Shown: positions 10,850 to 19,531 of the stretch, piece after piece
How positions within the stretch are numbered: position 1 is the first letter of the stretch
Layout of the letters: every line of letters starts with the position of its first letter
Assembly: GCA_963702095.1 (NCBI GenBank)
Contig: OY969706.1
Coordinates: 1,632,001-1,696,000, forward strand
Direction of reading: 5' to 3'
Length of the DNA: 64,000 nt
Source of the DNA: Candidatus Bathyarchaeota archaeon
GTDB lineage: Archaea; Thermoproteota; Bathyarchaeia; Bathyarchaeales; Bathycorpusculaceae
Translations under genes and position numbers: made by a program
The notes under the pieces: model-generated
Seen by the model: only the letters and a program-made list of their open reading frames with translations
Told to the model about the DNA's origin: nothing
The model's database searches: none

Positions 10850-11407
10850 TTAAGATGGAGCTGCTTGGATGTTATTTTCACTATAGTAAACTGCTTGTGC
10901 ACTGTGTAGGGATATGCTTACTGTTAGACCTATGTCGGTTAAGCCTATACTGTCAGGGTTGTTAACGTATATTACCATGGTATTGCCGGAAGGCAAGATT
11001 AGGGATGTAGTTGCTGCAATGGCAGTAGCTGTTAAGCCAAGATCATCGCCTGCTGCTATAGGTGTATCTAAGTGTTCTAGGTCTACGGTTAGGTCTTCGC
11101 CTTTATCTGCTACGGCGTAGAAAACATCTCCCCAATCGGATGCTTGACCGCGGACGGATATTTTATTGATAACAACATCACGTCCACCGTTGTTTGTCAC
11201 CATGACCGCTGCTTCGGCGGCAGTGCCGTCGGGGTCGACCCAAATGTGTTGTTTAGATACGAACAGGCTTTCTTCTTGGACTCTTGTGCTGACGACGTTT
11301 GTGGCGAAGAAGGTTAGGACTGTTGCAAGCAGTATTGAAACAACGAGAATGATGAGTGTAGTGACTACTGTGCTCAGTGCCAGACGATTCTTAAATAGGC
11401 GGTTCAT
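10850..11407 (-). CDS. Archaeal type IV (major) pilin, tandem paralog
   Basis: MNRLFKNRLA|LSTVVTTLIILVVSILL. Colinear and highly similar to 10155-10715 over the whole length. Confidence 0.8.
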   Translation of the reverse strand: MNRLFKNRLALSTVVTTLIILVVSILLATVLTFFATNVVSTRVQEESLFVSKQHIWVDPDGTAAEAAVMVTNNGGRDVVINKISVRGQASDWGDVFYAVADKGEDLTVDLEHLDTPIAAGDDLGLTATAIAATTSLILPSGNTMVIYVNNPDSIGLTDIGLTVSISLHSAQAVYYSENNIQAAPS

Positions 11408-11558
11408 TTCCTTGTTTTCACCTAAATATTCTAACTTGCAGTTCCCTTATATATATTATGTATCCAGACTTAATACACATTATACAAAATATGTCTTTCC
11501 CTTTCAATAATAAATTGGCGTCAGCGTGGACAAGTTAGCAAAGTTTCTCTAGAGCTTA

Positions 11559-13271
11559 GTGTCTGTTGTTCCGAAATATGAATTGGGGTTTCATAAGGGT
11601 TATACTTTCTTGTTGACCCAATTGTTCTTGCAAGTCTGGATATGTGTGCTATTGAAGGAAAACAACCCTCATAAAGCCGTAGTGCCCATTGTAGTTCTGC
11701 TTTTGGTTAGTTCTTTCTTTGTTGTGGAGGTTTCGGGGGTACAGTTGATTGCAACTGACGAATATAATCGTTATGTGCACACTAACTTTGATTCGGATTT
11801 GGGTAACTATACGTTGCTTGAGAAGCCTATTTTTCCAGTTTTAATTGCTAACACAACAATACCGATCGGCGGCAACTGGACCATAACCTGCCCCCTTCAA
11901 ACAGGCCACAAATACCACGTATACTGCTACGGAACATGGGTGAACACTTCTTCAACCGCAAAAACCGACTACGACATCTACGTTTTCAATCCCCAAGGCA
12001 CCCTGGAGAGTTCCCATACCGAAGCCGCGGGGCTTCCTGAACATTTAGGCACAACCTCAAACGACGCATTCTTTACCCCAAAGCAAAACGGAAACTATTC
12101 GTTTGTAGTAAAAAACGATGCAAGGGAAAGCCAGGGTTCACAACAGGCGACGTTTATGATAATTGAGAACTTGGAAACCGACCAGTGGTGCAGCAGCTAT
12201 GTTGAGGGAAAAGCAAGCGACACCTCTCCACATCTCCATACATGTTGGAGCTACGAATTCATCACTAACGAATCCAAAGTTGAATTGTACGTAAAAGTCC
12301 CCTCAACACTGGACATGTATGAAGCCCGCCTATACCTAATGAACACGGCTGAATCACTCAAAATCAACGATGTCCCGTTGCCCTACGAACCTGGTTTGTA
12401 TGGCAATCAATCTGGCGTTGCCGGCGGCTACAACTTTGAAAGTGAAGCATACCGAGGAGTAGCCTACGCCAGCTGCGAATACATGGGGCAGTCGATGTTT
12501 CTAAACTATACCGCTACTGTGACTGGCATAAAGCTCTATCATCTTGTGTTGATTGGAGAGGAAGGCTCTGGAACGGTGGAGTTTATGCTTAAAACCCAAT
12601 TCGGAAACACATCCATAACGCCCGTAGAAACGCCATCACGGATGCTGCCGAATCAACCTGCCAAAATCTCTTATGTCTCAAACAACGCCAGCTTAGCAAC
12701 TGCACAACTAACTTACACAACCGACAGTTGGAACAGCACCAAAGCCATCAACATGGACATAAGCAACCATACCTGCAACGCCACTGTCCCCGGTCAACCC
12801 GCAGGAACCATAGTTCAGTACCGCTTAGACGCCAACGACACATTAAACAATGCATTGTCAGCAGAGGGAAACTACACTGTTAAGAATCAGCCTTACTTGA
12901 ATTTCACAGTTGAAGAAACCATCGTTTTAGGCCAAAACCTAACAATCACCGGAACCCTAACTCACTGCGACAACCAATCGAGTGTAACCGTAAAAGTCTT
13001 CAACGCCAACAACACTGAAAGCCTCTTATGCCCCGTCTTAAGTGACGGATCGTTTACATGCAGTTTCCAACCGTCTTCATCAGGAAATTGGAGCATAGTC
13101 GCCAACTCACCTGAAACCCAAACATCATGGAGTTGCGGAAGCTCACAGCTTCTGGTAACAGTTAAGGAACCGCCGCTCTACGTAAAATACTCACTCTACA
13201 TAATCATTGGGTTGGTTGCGGCTTCAGCGGCTGGCGGAGTGGTTTGGTTCCTGAAGTTCCGAGGAAAATAA
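11559..13271 (+). CDS. Membrane-anchored surface protein with Ig-like domains (start probably somewhat downstream)
   Basis: Hydrophobic signal region, beta-rich body with many N-x-S/T sequons, and a C-terminal TM with basic tail (LKFRGK). Confidence 0.6.
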   Translation: MSVVPKYELGFHKGYTFLLTQLFLQVWICVLLKENNPHKAVVPIVVLLLVSSFFVVEVSGVQLIATDEYNRYVHTNFDSDLGNYTLLEKPIFPVLIANTTIPIGGNWTITCPLQTGHKYHVYCYGTWVNTSSTAKTDYDIYVFNPQGTLESSHTEAAGLPEHLGTTSNDAFFTPKQNGNYSFVVKNDARESQGSQQATFMIIENLETDQWCSSYVEGKASDTSPHLHTCWSYEFITNESKVELYVKVPSTLDMYEARLYLMNTAESLKINDVPLPYEPGLYGNQSGVAGGYNFESEAYRGVAYASCEYMGQSMFLNYTATVTGIKLYHLVLIGEEGSGTVEFMLKTQFGNTSITPVETPSRMLPNQPAKISYVSNNASLATAQLTYTTDSWNSTKAINMDISNHTCNATVPGQPAGTIVQYRLDANDTLNNALSAEGNYTVKNQPYLNFTVEETIVLGQNLTITGTLTHCDNQSSVTVKVFNANNTESLLCPVLSDGSFTCSFQPSSSGNWSIVANSPETQTSWSCGSSQLLVTVKEPPLYVKYSLYIIIGLVAASAAGGVVWFLKFRGK

Positions 13272-13274
13272 GCG

Positions 13275-13460
13275 TTGTGTTCTCTCTTTATGTGGGTGTG
13301 GCAGTTTACGGGGCACCACAAGACGGCAGTTGATGGCGGCTGCTTTTTGGGGCTGCAACGTTATTCACCGCCTGTTATGGTGTGAGATATCCGTTTTCTT
13401 CCACACGACATACATGCTTCCATGTTGAAGCCCATTCTTGTGTGTGTGAAACCATGATGG
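13275..13460 (+). repeat. Dispersed intergenic repeat family 1, copy B
   Basis: Starts 4 nt after the stop at 13271. Shares its 5' half with copy A and its central part (cgttttcttccaca) with copy D. Confidence 0.85.
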
Positions 13461-13539
13461 ATTTGTCTTGTGGGCGTGCCAAGGGTTTTTTTAACAAAGA
13501 CTTTAAGGGTAACCAACAATGATAGGTTAGGGAGTAAGT

Positions 13540-13836
13540 ATGTCTGATAACGCAGCAATCCTTGAGAGGGTTTCAAAGGTTCTAGGTGTTCCACAAAAAG
13601 AACTTATCAAAAAAGGCTTAGAGGAACTGCTCCAATCCCAATTAAGAACCTGCTCCGCAGAAATCAACGAAATAAAAACAAAATACAACATCAAAACTGC
13701 AACCGAATTAGCAAAAAAGATTGAAAAAGGCACCGTTGAGGAGCACCCAGCTTGGGAAGACTTGATAGTTCTCGAAAACCTCGAAGAGCGCATTAGAAAC
13801 ATTCGAAAAGAGCTAATGGCGCTAAAGCATGAGTAA
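13540..13836 (+). CDS. Putative antitoxin (TumA-like, RHH-like N-terminus)
   Basis: Small helical protein with KYNIKTATEL...EHPAWEDLIVLENL. Overlaps the downstream toxin-like gene by 8 nt and has GGAG upstream. Confidence 0.55.
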   Translation: MSDNAAILERVSKVLGVPQKELIKKGLEELLQSQLRTCSAEINEIKTKYNIKTATELAKKIEKGTVEEHPAWEDLIVLENLEERIRNIRKELMALKHE

Positions 13837-14224
13837 CCAGCCAAGTCTCGAGGAAATATTCCAGCGCATCGCTGAGGCTGTTATTGCAGACTTTTCCGAC
13901 ATAGCGGTTGATGCCCAGCTTAGATACACCCCTTCGGGCGCTATAGAGCGTCTAAGAATATTTTTAGTGGATGACACCTTTTTGGACATCTGGTTATCAC
14001 TTTCCGGAAAATACTCCTATCATTGGGAGCAACGGCACGTAAGAGGATGCCTTCACAGGCATGATAACGCACCCCACAAAAAATGGAAAGAAGTCAAAAC
14101 CTTTCCAAAGCACTTCCATGACGGCAACGAAGACAACGTAAAAGAAAGCACAATACCCGATGAACCTACAGCGGCTGCCAGTTATTTCCTTTCTTTTGTG
14201 AGAGACTCAATAAGAAAAAGATAA
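13829..14224 (+). CDS. DUF6516/TumE-like toxin-antitoxin protein
   Basis: YSYHW...RHDNAPH...TFPKHFH motif characteristic of DUF6516-type proteins. Confidence 0.7.
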   Translation: MSNQPSLEEIFQRIAEAVIADFSDIAVDAQLRYTPSGAIERLRIFLVDDTFLDIWLSLSGKYSYHWEQRHVRGCLHRHDNAPHKKWKEVKTFPKHFHDGNEDNVKESTIPDEPTAAASYFLSFVRDSIRKR

Positions 14225-14234
14225 TGCCCCTTCC

Positions 14235-14410
14235 TTGTTTTCCTCTTTGTGTGGTGTGGTGGTTTTAGGATTGCAACAAGACAGCAATTGGATGCAGTTG
14301 CGTTTTTTTAACGCAGTGGTTTTTGGCGTCTGTTTCGGTGTGGGATAAGCGTTTTTCGCCATACGCTATACATGCTTGCATATTGAAGCGGTCACGGTGT
14401 AGATGTAGCA
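14235..14410 (+). repeat. Dispersed intergenic repeat family 1, copy C
   Basis: Contains ctctttgtgtgg...caagacagcaattg. Has a 20-nt exact match ttttggcgtctgtttcggtg with copy D. Confidence 0.8.
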
Positions 14411-14445
14411 ATTACGTTCATTTTGAAAATGAATTGACTCAAAGA

Positions 14446-14775
14446 CTATGGAAGGTGCTTGTTTGTTTCTTCGATTTTGGCCTGTGCTTTGCGGTACCGC
14501 GCAACCAAGTCTTTGCCAAACGGGGTTACCTCTGAGGAACCGCCGCCTTTTGCTCCGCCACGTACACGGGTAACCAGCGATTGCCCCAAGCGTCCCTCTG
14601 CCAATGTTATGCGGTGTAGTGCATATCGGTAGGACATGCCGAGATGTTTTGCTGCTTCAAGGACGGAGTGGTGTTGGCTTATTTCTTCTAGTAGTTTGGC
14701 GAGGCCGTCGCCGAAGATTGCTTCGTTTTTTTCGTTTTCCATCCAGAGTTTGAAGTGGTAACTGAGTGGGGGCAT
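14446..14775 (-). CDS. ModE-type winged-helix regulator (N-terminal domain only, no molybdate-binding TOBE domains)
   Basis: KLW...IFGDG..LLEEI...SV.EAAKHLGMSYRYA...RGGAKGGGS.VT matches the ModE N-terminal signature. Confidence 0.85.
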   Translation of the reverse strand: MPPLSYHFKLWMENEKNEAIFGDGLAKLLEEISQHHSVLEAAKHLGMSYRYALHRITLAEGRLGQSLVTRVRGGAKGGGSSEVTPFGKDLVARYRKAQAKIEETNKHLP

Positions 14776-14973
14776 GGTTTATCAGATTTTAGTGGGTGGT
14801 TTGGGCAATTAAGCTTTGCTTTTTGGTTTTTTTGGGTTGGGTGGATGTGTGTTTTTTGATGTTGCGGTTGCTTGATGTAGCCAGCAAGGCTTTTATAGCA
14901 TATATATTGTATATACAATTAATATTATTGCCGAATGTCTTTGTAACGGGAGAACGGAAGGCTAGGAAATACC

Positions 14974-15834
14974 ATGCAAAAACTTGAGCTAAACCAAATC
15001 GTCGATAAAAAACAACTCAACTCCGTAACCAAAAAAATCACGGTATACGCCCCAGATATAGCCGCAAAAGCAAAAGCGGGGCAATTCGTAATCTTCAAAG
15101 TCCACGAAGACAGCGAACGTATACCTCTCACCCTCTCATCATGGGATACTGAAAAAGGCACAATATCCCACATATTCCAAGAAGTCGGCTACTCGACCAA
15201 AGAACTTGGCGCACTCGAAATAGGACAGAAAATCGAAAGCGTTGCAGGTCCCTTGGGAAACGCCAGTGAAATCAGGAAGTTCGGAACCGCCGCCGTCGTC
15301 TGCGGTGGCTTGGGCACAGCAGTCGCTTACCCCGTGGCTAAAGCCCTCAAAGAAGCAGGAAACAAGGTCGTATCTATAATCGGCGCACGAAACGTTGAAC
15401 TCTTCATTTTGGAAGATGAGATGAAAGCGGTCTCTGACGAGGTTTTCTTTGCCTCTGACGATGGCACCAAAGGGCAGAAGGGCTTTGTCAGTGACGTACT
15501 AAAGACGCTTATCTTGAAAAACTACAATTTCGACATAGTTTTCGCCATTGGACCCCCCATAATGATGAGTGTCATTGCCGACCTCACCCGGCCCTACGGA
15601 ATTAAAACCATAGCCAGCCTCAACCCTATCATGGTGGACGGAATGGGCATGTGCGGTGCCTGCCGAGTCTCCGTTGGCGAAAAAATCCAGTTTGCCTGCG
15701 TAGACGGACCCGAATTTGATGCCCACCAAGTTAACTTCAAAGAGCTTATGCAGCGGCTCAAGTGCTACTGCACTGAGGAGAAGCACCCCGAATTATCTCA
15801 CCAAGGAGGAACATGCAAATGTCACAGCCAATAA
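14974..15834 (+). CDS. nfnA: NfnA/SudB-type ferredoxin-NADP reductase subunit (FAD/NAD-binding, 2Fe-2S)
   Basis: AGQFVI, ERIPLT, GPLG, GGLG and MVDGMGMCGACRV...ACVDGPEFD motifs. Confidence 0.9.
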   Translation: MQKLELNQIVDKKQLNSVTKKITVYAPDIAAKAKAGQFVIFKVHEDSERIPLTLSSWDTEKGTISHIFQEVGYSTKELGALEIGQKIESVAGPLGNASEIRKFGTAAVVCGGLGTAVAYPVAKALKEAGNKVVSIIGARNVELFILEDEMKAVSDEVFFASDDGTKGQKGFVSDVLKTLILKNYNFDIVFAIGPPIMMSVIADLTRPYGIKTIASLNPIMVDGMGMCGACRVSVGEKIQFACVDGPEFDAHQVNFKELMQRLKCYCTEEKHPELSHQGGTCKCHSQ

Positions 15835-17240
15835 AAGAAAACCCCAAACACCAAAGCCGCTTAAAAGCAGTGGAAGTCCCCAAACAGGAACCCGCTTCCC
15901 GAGCCAAAAACTTCCAAGAAGTCGTGTTAGGCTACACTGAAGATCAAGCCTTAGCTGAAGCATCCAGATGCCTAAACTGCAAAGAGCCCAAATGTGTTGA
16001 AGGCTGCCCCGTCGGAGTAGAAATCCCAAAATTCATTGCGCTACTCAAACAAAAAGACTACGAAGCAGCCATCACAAAAATCAAAGAGAAAAACAGCCTA
16101 CCCGCCATATGCGGCAGAGTCTGCCCACAAGAAGAGCAATGCCAAAAAATGTGCATCCTAGGCAAGAAGGGCGACGCCATCTCCATCGGACGCCTTGAAC
16201 GCTTCGTCGCGGACATGGAGCAGGCAAAAGGCATAAAACCCCAAGAGGTTCCTGCTTGGAACGGCAAAAAAATCGCGGTTGTCGGCGCAGGCCCCGCAGG
16301 TTTAACCGTTGCCGCGGACCTTGCAAAGATGGGTTATAAAGTCACCATTTATGAGGCGTTGCATAGAGGCGGCGGCGTTTTAGTGTATGGCATCCCAGAG
16401 TTCCGTCTGCCCAAGCGGATTGTGCAAGCTGAAATCGACTACATTAAAGCACTGGGTGTTGAGTTGCAACCTGACTATTTAATCGGCAGAATCTTTACCG
16501 TCGAGGAACTCTTCAAAAAAGGCTTCAGTGCAATCTTCATCGGCACCGGTGCAGGACTCCCCAAATTCCTAAACGTCCCAGGCGAAAACCTAAACGGCAT
16601 CTACAGCGCCAACGAATTCCTCATCCGCGTCAACCTCATGAAAGCCTTCCGGTTCCCCCAGAACAAAACCCCCATCCGCGTAGGCAAAAAAGTAGCGGTA
16701 ATCGGCGGCGGCAACGTCGCACTTGACTCCGCACGCTGCGCCCTGCGGTTGGGAGCTGAGGAAGTCTCCATAATCTACCGGCGAACAAGACACGAGATGC
16801 CTGCGCGTCAAGAGGAAATCGAAAATGCTGAGGAAGAAGGAATAATCTTTAGGTGGCTGACTGCGCCGCTAAAGTTCTTTGGCGACGATCTGGGCAACGT
16901 TAAAGCCATGGAGACCCTTGAAATGCGGCTCTGCGACGAAGACGACACTGGCAGACACCAAGTTGCCCCCATAGAGGATTCACAATCAACCATGGATGTG
17001 GACACGGTTATTGTGGCTATCGGACGCACCCCCAACCCCATCATACAGGGCACAACCCCCGGCCTTAAAACCCAGCGGGGCGGCATCATAGCCAGCGACG
17101 AAGACTTCAAAACCAGCATCGACGGCGTCTACGTCGGCGGCGACATCGCAACAGGCGAAGCCACAGTCATAAGTGCCATGGGCACAGCCAAAACCGCTGC
17201 AAAAAGCATCCACGAGTACCTCTCTAAACCCAAAAAATAA
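15813..17240 (+). CDS. nfnB: NfnB/SudA-type (GltD-like) NADPH oxidoreductase subunit
   Basis: EASRCLNC...CVEGCP, CGRVCPQEEQC, GAGPAG, GIPEFRLP and GGGNVALD motifs. Overlaps the nfnA end (likely start 15819). Confidence 0.9.
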   Translation: MQMSQPIKENPKHQSRLKAVEVPKQEPASRAKNFQEVVLGYTEDQALAEASRCLNCKEPKCVEGCPVGVEIPKFIALLKQKDYEAAITKIKEKNSLPAICGRVCPQEEQCQKMCILGKKGDAISIGRLERFVADMEQAKGIKPQEVPAWNGKKIAVVGAGPAGLTVAADLAKMGYKVTIYEALHRGGGVLVYGIPEFRLPKRIVQAEIDYIKALGVELQPDYLIGRIFTVEELFKKGFSAIFIGTGAGLPKFLNVPGENLNGIYSANEFLIRVNLMKAFRFPQNKTPIRVGKKVAVIGGGNVALDSARCALRLGAEEVSIIYRRTRHEMPARQEEIENAEEEGIIFRWLTAPLKFFGDDLGNVKAMETLEMRLCDEDDTGRHQVAPIEDSQSTMDVDTVIVAIGRTPNPIIQGTTPGLKTQRGGIIASDEDFKTSIDGVYVGGDIATGEATVISAMGTAKTAAKSIHEYLSKPKK

Positions 17241-17273
17241 GACGCAGACGACACGTGCGTTTGCCCATATTTT

Positions 17274-18320
17274 TTACTCTTTTGTTTTTGCTTCCTCAAG
17301 AGTGTCCGATGCAGGCTTGAATGCTCGATTCACCGCTGTCTCTGCTATGTTGAAGGTGCAGTGGGCAATCCGCTTAATATTATCGCGGATAGAGCATATG
17401 CCGCAGACTAGTTCAGCGTTTTTCTGGGGTCCAGTGAAGGATTTGGATGTTATGTCAACGTCGAGTTTTTCCATTCTTTGGTGGTACTTCATTATGTTGA
17501 CTGCGGCGGTGACGTCTTTGGAGAAGAAGGCTTCCACCGCTTTTACATAGAGGTCGGTTACTTCTGCGCCTGCACTAACCATGAGTGCTACAACGTCGTC
17601 GGGTATGGTTTGTTTGGCGCCGTGCAGCATGATTATGTGGCGGTTGATGTCAGCAGCGTAGTCTGAGGCGTGTTCAACGTGGGTGACGAGCATCTGGTGG
17701 TCCATGCAGTCGATGGGGTCAACATGCAATTCGTTTGCTAAATGCGGGTCTTGACCAGCGGTTCGTAGAATCCTCACAATGAAAAAGGCAAAGTGGTCCA
17801 CGTCGTCATCGAGGGAAAACGAGGATTTCGCTAATGCCACATCATTATTTTTTAAGGCATCAAAGGCACCTTCGCACATGGACCGCGAAATGAGGTGCAT
17901 ACGCTGCACTGCCTGCTGAATCGAAGCTTTGGATTCATCGGAGATGCTTTGTATGTAGACGCATTTGGCATCTGCCTCCATGACTCGCATGTAGAGGCGT
18001 CCAGCCATGTTGCGGATGGCTTTGGTCTGGGGGACGGTGAAGACGTTTTCGGAGGTAAGCATGATACCTGTGTAGCCGTTTAGGAAGGCGCCTAACACTT
18101 TTTGTGTGATTAGGACTTCTTCTTCGTTTTGGCTTATGTGGAGGGTGATTTCTTTGTGTTCGGATTTTTTGAGTGTACTGGGGTAAATGACTAGTGAGCG
18201 GTCGCGTTGGATGTTGAAGGAGACTGTTTCGCCTTTTTTTAGGTCGTTTAGCTGCATCCACTCTTTTGGTAAGGAAATTACTAGAGAAGATTTTCCCAAG
18301 GACATGATTTTGCGTTCCAA
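17274..18320 (-). CDS. phoU: Archaeal phosphate uptake regulator (AbrB-like N-terminus plus PhoU domains)
   Basis: RKIMSLGKSSLVISLPKEW AbrB motif. PhoU-like DDDVD, EHASDYA and IKRIAH..NIAE motifs. Confidence 0.85.
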   Translation of the reverse strand: MERKIMSLGKSSLVISLPKEWMQLNDLKKGETVSFNIQRDRSLVIYPSTLKKSEHKEITLHISQNEEEVLITQKVLGAFLNGYTGIMLTSENVFTVPQTKAIRNMAGRLYMRVMEADAKCVYIQSISDESKASIQQAVQRMHLISRSMCEGAFDALKNNDVALAKSSFSLDDDVDHFAFFIVRILRTAGQDPHLANELHVDPIDCMDHQMLVTHVEHASDYAADINRHIIMLHGAKQTIPDDVVALMVSAGAEVTDLYVKAVEAFFSKDVTAAVNIMKYHQRMEKLDVDITSKSFTGPQKNAELVCGICSIRDNIKRIAHCTFNIAETAVNRAFKPASDTLEEAKTKE

Positions 18321-18441
18321 ATTAATGCCTCATAACCCGGGTATTAATTGTTTAATACAGTGGACACGGCATATATACATTGTTATGGAAATACTGCTAC
18401 AAACATAACTAACAAAAAGAGGAGAAAGAAAGGCTTTCTGG

Positions 18442-19476
18442 TTAGGCTTCAGTTACTTTCGCGTCTTTCTGCACGTGAACCACGCCCTCGCCCGCAGCAA
18501 CATAACCCACCTCGCAATAGTGCACCCCACCCTTATCCAGTTCACTCTGCAAATCGTCAGCATCCTCCTTCGCAACCGCCATCAAAACGCCGCCGGCAGT
18601 CTCCTTCGATTCACCCGTAAACAGTGGATACCCAAAAATGTCCGTTAACACAGGGGTGCCCCTGATGACATAGAGGTTGTCTATGACTATGTCAACTTTG
18701 CCCAGCATCGCCATGTTCGCAGCATGCCCTTTAAGCCCAAAACCGGTGACGTCAGTGGCTGCGTGAACAGACACGTTTTGCATCGCTTCCGCCACGGGCT
18801 TATTCGATGTGGTCATTCCAGTGATTGCTTGATTGACTGCGGTTTCAACTAAATCCTCTGGAACATCAGCAAGCAACTCTTTACCCTCCCCGTCCTTACG
18901 CAGCCGATAAGCAGCCATCGCAGGCGCAATCCCCAACGGTTTAGTCAAGAAAAGGCGGTCACCAACTTGGGCGCCTTTGGTGTAAACGATTTTTTCTGGA
19001 TCGCCGATGCCCGTGGCTGCGCCACCGATGATGGGCCAGGGGTTGCGGATGGTGTGTCCGCCCAATACGGGGGTGTCCATTTCACGGCAGAAATCGCCTA
19101 AGCCCTTAAGCATGCCGACGGCAAGGTCATTGGGCATGTTTTCGGGAAACGCCATAATCGTTAGTACGGCGGCAATTTTGGTTACGCCCAAAGTGTAGAT
19201 GTCGCTTGTGACGTTGCTGCCTGCGATGCGTCCTTGGATTTCGGGTTCATCAACCATAGGCGTGAAGAAGTCCAGCGTGTTTAGGATTGCGATGCCGTCG
19301 GCGATTTTGACGACGCTGCTGTTTTCCCATGGTCCAGCCAGCACTTCTTCGCCGAAGCCGCCTGTTAAGCCTGCTTGGTCGAGAAGTTCACCGAGTTGGT
19401 ACTGGGGCAGTTTACAGCTGCATCCGTGTACGGGAACAGCTTTGGTTAGTCGGTAACTCAACTTTTTTCTCTCCAT
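18442..19476 (-). CDS. selD: Selenide, water dikinase (selenophosphate synthetase), Cys form
   Basis: GCSCKL catalytic loop, LDFFTPMVD, NVTSDIY, GGHTI, LTKPLG, TDVTGFGLKGH and ETAGG motifs. Confidence 0.9.
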   Translation of the reverse strand: MERKKLSYRLTKAVPVHGCSCKLPQYQLGELLDQAGLTGGFGEEVLAGPWENSSVVKIADGIAILNTLDFFTPMVDEPEIQGRIAGSNVTSDIYTLGVTKIAAVLTIMAFPENMPNDLAVGMLKGLGDFCREMDTPVLGGHTIRNPWPIIGGAATGIGDPEKIVYTKGAQVGDRLFLTKPLGIAPAMAAYRLRKDGEGKELLADVPEDLVETAVNQAITGMTTSNKPVAEAMQNVSVHAATDVTGFGLKGHAANMAMLGKVDIVIDNLYVIRGTPVLTDIFGYPLFTGESKETAGGVLMAVAKEDADDLQSELDKGGVHYCEVGYVAAGEGVVHVQKDAKVTEA

Positions 19477-19531
19477 TTATTATTTTTCTGTACTTGATAA
19501 TAAAACATCCCCAAAAATGGGGGAGGGGTGG

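Noticed and set aside
3326-11407. Archaellum (motility) operon
   Set aside because: No FlaH/ArlH, ArlF/G or chemotaxis genes were recognised. The layout fits adhesive type IV pili.
13272-14445. Integron attC sites flanking the TA pair
   Set aside because: No matching RYYYAAC...GTTRRRY pair bounding either repeat copy was found, and no integrase is in the window.
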